DNA from: Candidatus Scalindua sp.
GTDB taxonomy: Bacteria > Planctomycetota > Brocadiia > Brocadiales > Scalinduaceae
DNA length: 32,000 nucleotides
Assembly: GCA_031316235.1 (NCBI GenBank)
Contig: JALDRA010000001.1
Location: 2,610,001 to 2,642,000, forward strand
Direction: 5' to 3'
Both the position numbers and the translations under genes were made by a program. The number at the start of each line of letters is the position of its first letter. The stretch's first letter is position 1. The notes below the pieces were generated by a model, which worked only from the letters and a program-made list of their open reading frames with translations, searched no databases and was not told where the DNA came from. Shown one piece after another: positions 24,688 to 32,000 of the stretch.

Positions 24688-26664
24688 GTGCGGAAATGGC
24701 TGGAAAAGGAAAAAGAGTTACGTAAAAAGGGATTTGCTGATAAGCAAATTGAAGAAACCGTTGCTTTTTTGCGGAAAAAAGGTGTTCAAACCGTTTGGGA
24801 TGTGCAGGATGCTTATGATTCGACTCTTTTTGGTTTGGGAGATAGATGTTCATTTGGAAGCCATGGTCTCTGTTGCCGGAACTGCAATCTCGGGCCATGC
24901 AGGCTCGGAAGTGAAGAGTTGCCCCTGCACCTGAAGTTTTCCGTACCAGGGGTGAATCGGAGCTCTTGTGGCAAGACAGCGGATAGCATGGTTGCCGGTA
25001 TGTTCCTCCAGACGGTATTGCGGGGGACAAGTTCACACATTGGCCATGCACTGCATGTAGCACGGGCATTCGTGAAGGCGGCGGAAGGTTCTGACCATTT
25101 TCCCATCAAGGATGCTCAAAAACTGCTGGCTGTTGCAAAAAGCCTGGGTATTAATACTGATCAAAAACAGGACCTTGCAATTGCAAAAGAGATAGGGCAG
25201 AAGGCAATGGAAGATCTTGCTGGACCGGGTGAAGGTCCAATGAGTTTCGCACTCGCCCTTGCACCGAAAAAAATAGAGAATCTTCTCGAAGCTGGACTGA
25301 TACCTCAGAAGGGAGCTGCGGAGGCAATCGTCCAGGGCGTGCATAGCACCGCACAGGGGATGATGAGCAGCGCCAAGCATCTGCTCCTCTCCTGTTTGAG
25401 GTTCGGTGTGATTGATATGATGGCCCTCTACATTTCCACACAACTGCAGGATATCCTGCTCGGAGTTCCAACTCCGAAACCGGGTAAAATCGGAATAGAT
25501 GTTTTAGAAAAAGACAAAGTGAATATCCTTGTTCATGGCCATGTGCCGGTACTATCAGAGATGGTGATTGCACAGGCAGACAAATTGACGGGAAAGGCAA
25601 TGGGAGCGGGTGCTAAAGGCATCAATGTGGTAGGCACCTGTTGTACGGGTACCGAGGTCTTAGTCAGGCTCGGGATCCCGATGGCCGGCAGCACGATCAT
25701 GCAGGAACTTATTGTCGGTACGGGTCTGGTTGATGCCGTGTGTGTAGATGTTCAGTGTGTCTATCCGTCACTCTCAACTATTACACAAGGGCTCCATACC
25801 CGTTTAATTACGACCATGCCGGAACTCAGAATGGACAACGATATCTATATAGAATTCACGCCGGACAATGCTCACGAGGCTGCAGGCCGAATCGTTGAAG
25901 AAGCAATTGCTGCATATAAAGAGCGTTCACCGGAGCGGACATTTTTGCCGAAGGCAAAAGGTCATGACCTGATGGGAGGATTTTCTGTAGAAGCTCTCAT
26001 GGGTGTGCTTGAAACCTTAAACCCGGAAAAACCACTCAAACCGCTGGTAGATTTAATTATTGATGGATCTATCCAGGGGGTAGCGGTTCTTGCCGGCTGC
26101 CTCTCTTCAAAGATTCAGACCGACATGAGTTTTGTTACCATAGCAAAGGAACTTCTCAGGAACAATATTCTGGTCCTTGCCACAGGGTGCGCAGCTACCG
26201 CATGTGCAAGGCACGGGCTGCTGATGGGTGAGGCAAAGAGTATCGTTGGTGAATCATTACGTGGTGTTCTGGATACGATCGGCAAGGCAGCAGGCCTGAA
26301 TGGTTCAATGCCGCCTATCCTCCATTTTGGTTCATGCGTTGACAACTCACGGTGTGCGGTACTGGCCTCCTCAATTGCAGATTATCTGGATACCTCCATA
26401 GATAAACTTCCGCTCATTGCAAGTGCTGCCGAACACGTTGTGGAAAAAGCGGCTGCCATTTACATGGGAGTGATCGCCCTCGGTATTACAACTCACATAG
26501 GGGTGACACCAAAACTGAGCGGATCACCGTACGTAATTAATATGCTTACCCGGGAGCTGGAGCATATTACCGGGAGTACTCTCCTCATCGAGATTGACCC
26601 AAACGATTCAGCAAAGGCGATGATCGAACATATTCGGAAAAAGAGAGCAGGGCTGGGTATTTAA
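24688..26664 (+). CDS. cooS: Anaerobic Ni-Fe carbon monoxide dehydrogenase catalytic subunit
   Basis: N-terminal Cys pattern CSFGSHGLCCRNCNLGPCRLG. Cluster-ligand contexts VHGHVP, VVGTCCTG, VDVQCVYP, LATGCAA, HFGSCVDNSR. 658 aa. GTG start with AAGGAG 6 nt upstream. Confidence 0.85.
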   Translation: MRKWLEKEKELRKKGFADKQIEETVAFLRKKGVQTVWDVQDAYDSTLFGLGDRCSFGSHGLCCRNCNLGPCRLGSEELPLHLKFSVPGVNRSSCGKTADSMVAGMFLQTVLRGTSSHIGHALHVARAFVKAAEGSDHFPIKDAQKLLAVAKSLGINTDQKQDLAIAKEIGQKAMEDLAGPGEGPMSFALALAPKKIENLLEAGLIPQKGAAEAIVQGVHSTAQGMMSSAKHLLLSCLRFGVIDMMALYISTQLQDILLGVPTPKPGKIGIDVLEKDKVNILVHGHVPVLSEMVIAQADKLTGKAMGAGAKGINVVGTCCTGTEVLVRLGIPMAGSTIMQELIVGTGLVDAVCVDVQCVYPSLSTITQGLHTRLITTMPELRMDNDIYIEFTPDNAHEAAGRIVEEAIAAYKERSPERTFLPKAKGHDLMGGFSVEALMGVLETLNPEKPLKPLVDLIIDGSIQGVAVLAGCLSSKIQTDMSFVTIAKELLRNNILVLATGCAATACARHGLLMGEAKSIVGESLRGVLDTIGKAAGLNGSMPPILHFGSCVDNSRCAVLASSIADYLDTSIDKLPLIASAAEHVVEKAAAIYMGVIALGITTHIGVTPKLSGSPYVINMLTRELEHITGSTLLIEIDPNDSAKAMIEHIRKKRAGLGI

Positions 26665-26688
26665 TTCAGGTATTATCCTCTCTATCTT

Positions 26689-26928
26689 TTACGCTATTGT
26701 GTATTGGCAATCCATGAAATCAAGCGGATTGGAAAGGGTAACATGGTCCGGGCTGTCGAGCTTCCCCCAGTTCAGTTTCTCACAGGAAAGGGTTTCAGGC
26801 AGCCACGCCATGGTTATATGTGCGTGCGGAGGTATCCTTCCTTTCTCAGGTAGAGGGGCGATCGTTGCGATTATGTCTCCCTCCCGGACAGTCTCTCCCC
26901 TCTCTCTGTACGGACTTGCCTCTCCTCT
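26689..26928 (-). pseudogene. Possible remnant of an M23-family metallopeptidase C-terminus
   Basis: A minus-strand open frame without a usable start reads ...GETVREGDIIATIAPLPEKGRIPPHAHITMAWLPE.... This resembles the V.(K/E)GD.IA..G....PH.H (HxH) end of M23 peptidases. The only in-frame ATG is late (26811), and the upstream HxxxD part is absent. Confidence 0.25.
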
Positions 26929-26979
26929 TTAAAAGAAATAAGGATGAACTGTCCAATCAGGTAAAACCTGTTTCTTGGC

Positions 26980-27762
26980 TCAGATCTTCCATTCGTTTTC
27001 CTGTCCTTCAAGGATTCCCATGTTGCTGCAGATTTCAGAAATTACTCCATCAGATGCAACTCTCTTTTCTGTTGAGCACCGCCCCCAGACATACACCCGG
27101 CCGTCATTCCATACAGGTTCACCTTCTTCACTCAGTTTGCCATGGAGAAATTTTGAAACATGGAGCCATTCTGAAATCTTTTGCTGTTCTCCTCTGCTGT
27201 TCTCAATGTCTCGTACATAATTTTCCAGTTCTTCAATCCTGTCATCTATATGGACCTGGTTTTTCTCGTTCGTCTCCTCGGAGATCTCTTCATCAGCCAG
27301 CATGAGTCTGCTGAAATTCTCCTCTCCCTTTAATTCTCCGATCTTTTGCCTGATCTCTTTCACGGCCTTTTCTCTTCCTCTATCCAGGACACTCTCTTTG
27401 CGAGACCTTATCTTCTCATGAATTTTCAGGTTGTGAAGGTCGGGGATATTAATATGGTATTTGTACAGGTTTTCTATCTCCTCTATTATCTCGCAGCTTT
27501 CGTCACTTTTAATTGACGCTATTAACGAACTGGTACGTTCCAGGATCTCTCTCTCCGCATATCTATCCTTCCGGCCGCTTTTAATGATTCCTTCCATGAG
27601 CGAAGAGACGAAACCAAGGACATCACGTTCTAAAGTGAGCTCTTTCTTTTCATCCGTAAAAAGCCTTTCCATTACTGAACTGATGCATCCCAAGACTTCA
27701 TTTTCCACAAATCTTTCCTGGATGGCCTGATTCTTGGCTGATTTATAAGCATTTGTACTCAT
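26980..27762 (-). CDS. Acidic coiled-coil hypothetical protein with three N-terminal ~25-aa repeats
   Basis: ATG at 27762 (GAAGGTG upstream). The track ORF opens at a GTG at 27768. Repeats: ENEVLGCISSVMERLFTDEKKE, ERDVLGFVSSLMEGIIKSGRKD, EREILERTSSLIASIKSDES. Then an E/K-rich helical middle and a globular C-terminal ~60 aa (ISEWLHVSKFLHGKLSEEGEPVWNDGRVYVWGRCSTEKRVASDGVISEI). Confidence 0.65.
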   Translation of the reverse strand: MSTNAYKSAKNQAIQERFVENEVLGCISSVMERLFTDEKKELTLERDVLGFVSSLMEGIIKSGRKDRYAEREILERTSSLIASIKSDESCEIIEEIENLYKYHINIPDLHNLKIHEKIRSRKESVLDRGREKAVKEIRQKIGELKGEENFSRLMLADEEISEETNEKNQVHIDDRIEELENYVRDIENSRGEQQKISEWLHVSKFLHGKLSEEGEPVWNDGRVYVWGRCSTEKRVASDGVISEICSNMGILEGQENEWKI

Positions 27763-28071
27763 ATACACCTTCTTTCCACTATATGATCATGGCGGCCTTG
27801 CCGGTCGTTATGGTGTTATACTAAAACCGTTATAAGATGAGTATATCCCCATTTTCTCTGTTTTCTGAGAGATGTCCACTCTTTTTCCGGTAAAGGGAAA
27901 AATCTGGATTGATACCTGTAACGGTTTTCCCTGGCCAGATCAAGCGGAAAATGTCAGACGGTGTTTAAAAGGAAATTCTGCCGTTGAACCGAAACAGCAA
28001 GTTATTCTTTCCTGGGCCCTAAGGTAAAGAGCTACTTTATCTAAACGGAACTTAATTTTACCGTTGTCACA

Positions 28072-28414
28072 ATACCCTGAGAGATGGGATGGATTACCTG
28101 CACCGCATTTGATCTCACCGGGGCTGCTTCCCCGATTAAAGGGCAGAAAGAAGGTCTTTTCCCCCTTTAATTGCGTTGTCATATACACCTCATTCACATC
28201 AGCGGCAAAATGGACCAGAGCCCTCCTTTTAAAGGAAAAGAGCGGAGCATTCGGACTGCGCGTAGCGCGGTACTGCCTCACCGCATCATGCCACGTCTGC
28301 CCGGTGCCCGGGTTCTTCAGCTCGCAGGTGGCCACCGGCAGGCAGAGCCTCTCTCATGAAAGCGATAATTTCAGAGGGAAACAGCGCCAGCCTGTTTTCA
28401 ATATCTTTATCAAG
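28072..28414 (-). pseudogene. hsdR: Decayed N-terminal fragment of a type I restriction enzyme R subunit (HsdR)
   Basis: LPVATCELKNPGTGQTWHDAVRQYRATRSPNAPLFSFKRRALVHFAADVNEVYMTTQLKGEKTFFLPFNRGS...GAGNP matches the HsdR N-terminal nuclease-domain pattern as I remember it. A stop lies immediately upstream. A shifted frame upstream reads DKDIENRLALFPSEIIAFMREA, like an HsdR extreme N-terminus. There is no helicase part downstream. Confidence 0.5.
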
Positions 28415-28431
28415 GCCTCGTGAAGTTATAA

Positions 28432-31400
28432 TTACAATTGCTTTCTTACACGTTCCGGTAATGCGGACAGGGCCATCAAGAGGTCATCATTTCCGGGTTT
28501 TGTTTTGACAAATGATGCAAAGAGGCAGGCGGCTTTCGCATGGATATCATGCACTGTTTTCCCAATGCCTGAACCTGTAATCCTGTTTGTTGTCAGTACC
28601 TTTTCCAGGTTGGATAACAGGGTGACGAGTGTCCAGTAATCGAGCGGTATTTTCATCATTAAATCATCGCATAAATATGTCAGCTGTCCCTGCATGGTAA
28701 AGAGTATCTCTTCGGTCAAGGCGGCACCACTGGTAATCATATTTGCAATTTCTTTTGAGAGTTCAGCAACGGCAACCCTCCCGATTGCCATAATGGAAGC
28801 TGCCGTCCTCATTTCAATCTTGAGTTCCTGAGAGATCTTCATGATGTCATCAAAGACCGTGCAGACGTTATCCTCAAGTAAACCGTTAATTTTTTTTAAG
28901 TCCCAACGCTCATTCCTGAGATTCTGGACCCATTCGAGATAGGAGACAAAGACACCACCCAGGTTGGTGCTTATGTCAGGTGTGACAAAGGTTCCTTTTC
29001 TGGTTACGATTTTATCTCCTTGCGGGGTGACCGGACCATTTGCACCTTCCACGATGATCCTGGCCTTTACGTTGTATGCATTCGTATCGATAGCGTTTTC
29101 AAGTGCAGCGAGAATGAGGAAGTCGACGTCCAGACCGAAAAGGCCCTCGTTTGTTATGTATCTCCCCCCGGGGAACCCCTTCAGGAATCCAGTGCCTTTT
29201 GAGCCGGCATAGGTGAATACAGCTTCTACATCCAGGCCGTTCGGATTATAGATACCACCGCTGGCATCGGTAAGAGCAACCACTTTTACCCCCGCATCAT
29301 GCAGAAATCTTGCGGGAGGACGTCCCACATTACCAAATCCCTGTATGGCAGCAGTGGAGCCCTTCAGCTTTATGTTCTTATATTTTGCCGCTTTCTGTAA
29401 GGCAATAAATACTCCCCGCCCTGTTGATTCAGCCCTTCCAAGAGATCCGCCCTGGGTATCCGGTTTGCCGGTAACAACCGCTAACGCCTTGCATTGCAGT
29501 CCCGGATGGTTTTTTACTATTTTCAGGCAGGTATCAAGGTAGGGAGTTTCCAGAGAGGTCGCGGGCACAGAGCCTAACGAACGGAATTCATCAACAATTT
29601 TCTCCAAGGAGCTAGTGCCGTTCAGCTGCCAGTCAGACATGTCTTCATTTTCGATGGATGTCTTGATGTATTCATCAACAAACCAGGCCATCTTGGTGGC
29701 ATTGGTGTTGACGTCAGGGGCAGGGATATCCAGGTGAGGTCCGCATGCATTTCTGTTCTTCAATTCACGGCTGTATTCCCTGATTATTACTGCATCTTTT
29801 TTATCCAGGATATTTCCTGGATTTATGATAATGCCTCCTTTTGAACCCCCATAAGGGATTCCAGCGACAGCACACTTCCATGTCATCCAGATGGCAAGGG
29901 CCCTCACCTCATCAAGTGTTACTTCGGGGTGTTCTCTGAAACCTCCCTTGGCAGGACCGCGTGCAGTGTTATGGTGTACGCGATACGCATTTACTTCGCC
30001 ATCCAGAAGGCGTAATGTCTCTATCCTCTCGGGTGTGAGCAATTTCCGTTTGAGAAATATCGGAAGCTTGAGGATATCTGCAACGACGGCGAATTGACTT
30101 TCTGCAACTTCAAGGGGGCTTGGCATGGCAACAGCATGCTCCCGCATTTTTGCATAGTCTAGAAGGGTAAGATTCGGGACTGAAAACAGTTGACTCACCC
30201 TCTCAAACTCACCGATCTCTTCTTTGTAACTGACAATATTCGTTGCAATGTCATCCTTGAGGTTGAGGAATCCCTCTAACTCCTCAACATTAGCGGCATT
30301 CAGGTTGATCCTCTCCAGTAAGGGTTCTTTCGGTTTTTCCTGTATACCTCCAGGAAGGTCGTCGAGATGATCCAGAGCTGTCAAATCCTCACCGGCAAGG
30401 AGCTTTAAACCTGTTTCTCCCATGGTGGAAAGATATGTCCTTCCGGGAGGTACTTTTGTGCCAAGCCTTTTTTGAGCCGCAGTAACGCTGTGAAGTCCCA
30501 GGATGATCTTGGATTCCACTTCATAGGAAAAAACAAGATCCAGGATCTGATTCGTACCGTTAGAGAACAGCTCATCTTCGTATTTTCCCGCAATCCCGTT
30601 GAATACGATGGTTTTAGAGTCCCGCATCTTTTTCTTGATAAGGGCGATCGTCTCGTTGCCGATGTCATAGGCCTTCATCTTCGAAAAACGTCCCTTGATT
30701 TCTTTTACCTTAACGTTTATCGGATCAAGGCCCGTAAGCTTTGCCATCATGTGGTCAACCGGAAGCGTTATATCAACTGAGTATCCCCTTGCCAGTTCAA
30801 GTACCACTATTGCATTACGAAGCGCCTGTGTCTGCAGATCAGGGTCTTTTTCAAGCATGCAGTTGTCTACATTATAACCCTGTACCTTGAGGAAGGGAAA
30901 TGCGATGCCGCCAATGATGATGAGTCGGTCAATTTTTCCATGGACGATAAGGTTTCTCATTGCCTCAACCTTGGCTGAGACGTTGGCACCTCCAATAATG
31001 GCTGTTACCGGTTTATGAGGGTTTCTCATAAAATTTTCCAGTGCCGTTAATTCCTGTGTGAGGAGAAATCCTGCCACTTTTGGGCCCGGGATGAGCCTGG
31101 TTATCTGGCCGAGTGACGCATGCTGGCCCATGTGGGCAGAAACCGGATCTGCATTAACATAGAAATCACAATGGGTGGTATCATGGAGTTGTCCTGCAAA
31201 CGCCATAACCTCATTATCATCTTCGGATGTCTCGCCGCTCCAGAACATCACATTCTCTAACAGAAAGATACCCTTTTTATCTATCAGGGATTTTGTTTTT
31301 TCCCCGATGCAGTGGTCTGCCATGAGGACTTCACAGCCATCCGGCAGAAGGCGTTTCTCTCTCAAAATCTCTGTGAGCCGTCTGGCAACAGGTCTCAGAC

Positions 31401-31704
31401 TGAAACCCGAATGGATCTCCCCATCCGATGCTATACCCACCGAGGTCTTTTTTTCCTTAAAGAAATTCTCCCGTTTTCCGTTGTGGGAGACAATAATAAC
31501 CGTGTCTGCACCACTTTTAAGGATATGACGGATGTCCATGACAGTCGCCCTGATGCGTCTATCGTCAACAATCTTTCCGTCCCTTACAATATCATAGTTG
31601 ACTCTGAGAAAAACCCTCTTTCCCTGTAAGGCAGATTTGTGAAGAGTACGTATGGGGGTTTTGTGGGCGTAGGGATACCATTCTAATGTTTCATTACTAT
31701 CCAT
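28432..31704 (-). CDS. Tri-partite fusion: divergent phosphoglycerate kinase-like domain - ComEA-like HhH module - Glu/Leu/Phe/Val-family (glutamate) dehydrogenase + ~110-aa C-terminal tail
   Basis: PGK fold: GKRVFLRVNYDIV.DGKI.DD.RIRA, VSHNGKR, FLLENVMF, YVNADPVSAHM, AIIGGANVSAK, IIIGGIAFPF, YDIGNET, IVFNGIAGKYE, YLSTMGETGL. HhH: INLNAANVEELEGF...IATNIVSYKEEIGEFERVSQLFSVPNL. GDH: YRVHHNTARGPAKGGFR, PYGGSKGGI, IPAPDVNT, TGKP..QGGS.GR.ESTGRGV, AIQGFGNVG, EGANGPVTP, PDISTNLGGVFVSYLEWVQN. ATG at 31704 (AAGGAG 9 nt upstream) is preferred over the ATG at 31779. Confidence 0.85.
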   Translation of the reverse strand: MDSNETLEWYPYAHKTPIRTLHKSALQGKRVFLRVNYDIVRDGKIVDDRRIRATVMDIRHILKSGADTVIIVSHNGKRENFFKEKKTSVGIASDGEIHSGFSLRPVARRLTEILREKRLLPDGCEVLMADHCIGEKTKSLIDKKGIFLLENVMFWSGETSEDDNEVMAFAGQLHDTTHCDFYVNADPVSAHMGQHASLGQITRLIPGPKVAGFLLTQELTALENFMRNPHKPVTAIIGGANVSAKVEAMRNLIVHGKIDRLIIIGGIAFPFLKVQGYNVDNCMLEKDPDLQTQALRNAIVVLELARGYSVDITLPVDHMMAKLTGLDPINVKVKEIKGRFSKMKAYDIGNETIALIKKKMRDSKTIVFNGIAGKYEDELFSNGTNQILDLVFSYEVESKIILGLHSVTAAQKRLGTKVPPGRTYLSTMGETGLKLLAGEDLTALDHLDDLPGGIQEKPKEPLLERINLNAANVEELEGFLNLKDDIATNIVSYKEEIGEFERVSQLFSVPNLTLLDYAKMREHAVAMPSPLEVAESQFAVVADILKLPIFLKRKLLTPERIETLRLLDGEVNAYRVHHNTARGPAKGGFREHPEVTLDEVRALAIWMTWKCAVAGIPYGGSKGGIIINPGNILDKKDAVIIREYSRELKNRNACGPHLDIPAPDVNTNATKMAWFVDEYIKTSIENEDMSDWQLNGTSSLEKIVDEFRSLGSVPATSLETPYLDTCLKIVKNHPGLQCKALAVVTGKPDTQGGSLGRAESTGRGVFIALQKAAKYKNIKLKGSTAAIQGFGNVGRPPARFLHDAGVKVVALTDASGGIYNPNGLDVEAVFTYAGSKGTGFLKGFPGGRYITNEGLFGLDVDFLILAALENAIDTNAYNVKARIIVEGANGPVTPQGDKIVTRKGTFVTPDISTNLGGVFVSYLEWVQNLRNERWDLKKINGLLEDNVCTVFDDIMKISQELKIEMRTAASIMAIGRVAVAELSKEIANMITSGAALTEEILFTMQGQLTYLCDDLMMKIPLDYWTLVTLLSNLEKVLTTNRITGSGIGKTVHDIHAKAACLFASFVKTKPGNDDLLMALSALPERVRKQL

Positions 31705-32000
31705 TGTCTCTTTCTCCTTCTGTTTTTTCAGCTGCAAAACATTGCGTTCAGCAGGTTCGAAACCAAACTGACATGTCATATGGACCAGTGAAACGTATCC
31801 GTTGCGTTGCGTGTACTGTTTCCGCCCATGATACCTTTATAAACCGAATTATCAATGCCTATTTTTCCTGGAATCACAGGCATGGAAATGTTCTGTATGG
31901 GGCCTTATACGAAGGAGAGAATTTTGACCCCTGTCGCTGCTGTTGCGGTTGGAATGGAAATGGAGACCGGCTGGTAAAATTGCTCTTGACTTAATCATCT

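Noticed and set aside
24650-25600. Four minus-strand ORFs (139, 98, 136 and 149 aa) and a 66-aa + ORF inside cooS
   Set aside because: All overlap the strongly supported CODH frame. Their compositions are Cys/Pro/Arg-rich artefacts of reading the antisense or alternate frames.
26699-27305. + strand ORFs of 77, 161 and 81 aa downstream of cooS
   Set aside because: They overlap one another and the minus-strand repeat-protein gene. They are Ser/Pro/Leu-rich and have no SD. The minus-strand reading gives the structured repeat/coiled-coil protein instead.
31686-31994. 102-aa + ORF at the right edge
   Set aside because: It overlaps the 5' end and upstream region of the PGK-GDH gene in antisense. 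It has no SD or similarity and is Cys/His-rich by chance.
1-32000. CRISPR arrays, rRNA/tRNA genes, IS elements, prophage or integrase genes
   Set aside because: I scanned for regularly spaced direct repeats and for the corresponding protein signatures in the ORF track. None was found. The only mobile/defence-related traces are the decayed HsdR and M23-like fragments.

Overview
Everything here is read by eye from the sequence and ORF track, with no searches run. The window looks like a chromosomal segment of a moderately AT-rich bacterium. Its gene content points, by inference, to an anammox-type planctomycete: a dedicated ACP/FabZ/KS/KS'/phytoene-desaturase-like/B12-radical-SAM lipid operon, a Ni-CODH catalytic subunit, several HtrA proteases and FHA signalling.

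Gene map:
- 2-472: 3' end of an htrA paralog.
- 913-1263: small exported protein.
- 1533-4145: three-gene plus-strand module, made of a tandem-repeat protein, an FHA-TM-trypsin-like protease and an exported protein.
- 4200-5336: holA.
- 5551-6225: E/K/S-rich lipoprotein.
- 6339-6962: DUF1566-like exported protein.
- 7077-8143: about 1 kb non-coding spacer with stem-loops.
- 8144-14677: six-gene minus-strand lipid operon.
- 15353-16192: proC.
- 16338-18990: plsC, Nit-like amidase and nifS-like operon.
- 19128-20639: full-length htrA.
- 20861-23482: GlpX-like FBPase fused to an HhH and TPR-like tail.
- 23491-24255: truncated B12-rSAM-like ORF with a broken Cys motif.
- 24688-26664: cooS.
- 26665-28431: small decayed accessory patch with an M23-like remnant, a repeat/coiled-coil protein and a type I HsdR remnant.
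- 28432-31704: degenerate PGK - ComEA-like HhH - glutamate dehydrogenase fusion.

No rRNA, tRNA, CRISPR array, transposase or integrase was recognised.

Most interesting:
1. The lipid operon matches the architecture proposed for ladderane biosynthesis, whose chemistry is unresolved. It pairs an intact KS with a KS' that has lost the whole Cys-His-His triad.
2. Two large fusion proteins of central-carbon enzymes (PGK-like+GDH and GlpX-like+TPR) each carry a ComEA-type helix-hairpin-helix module.
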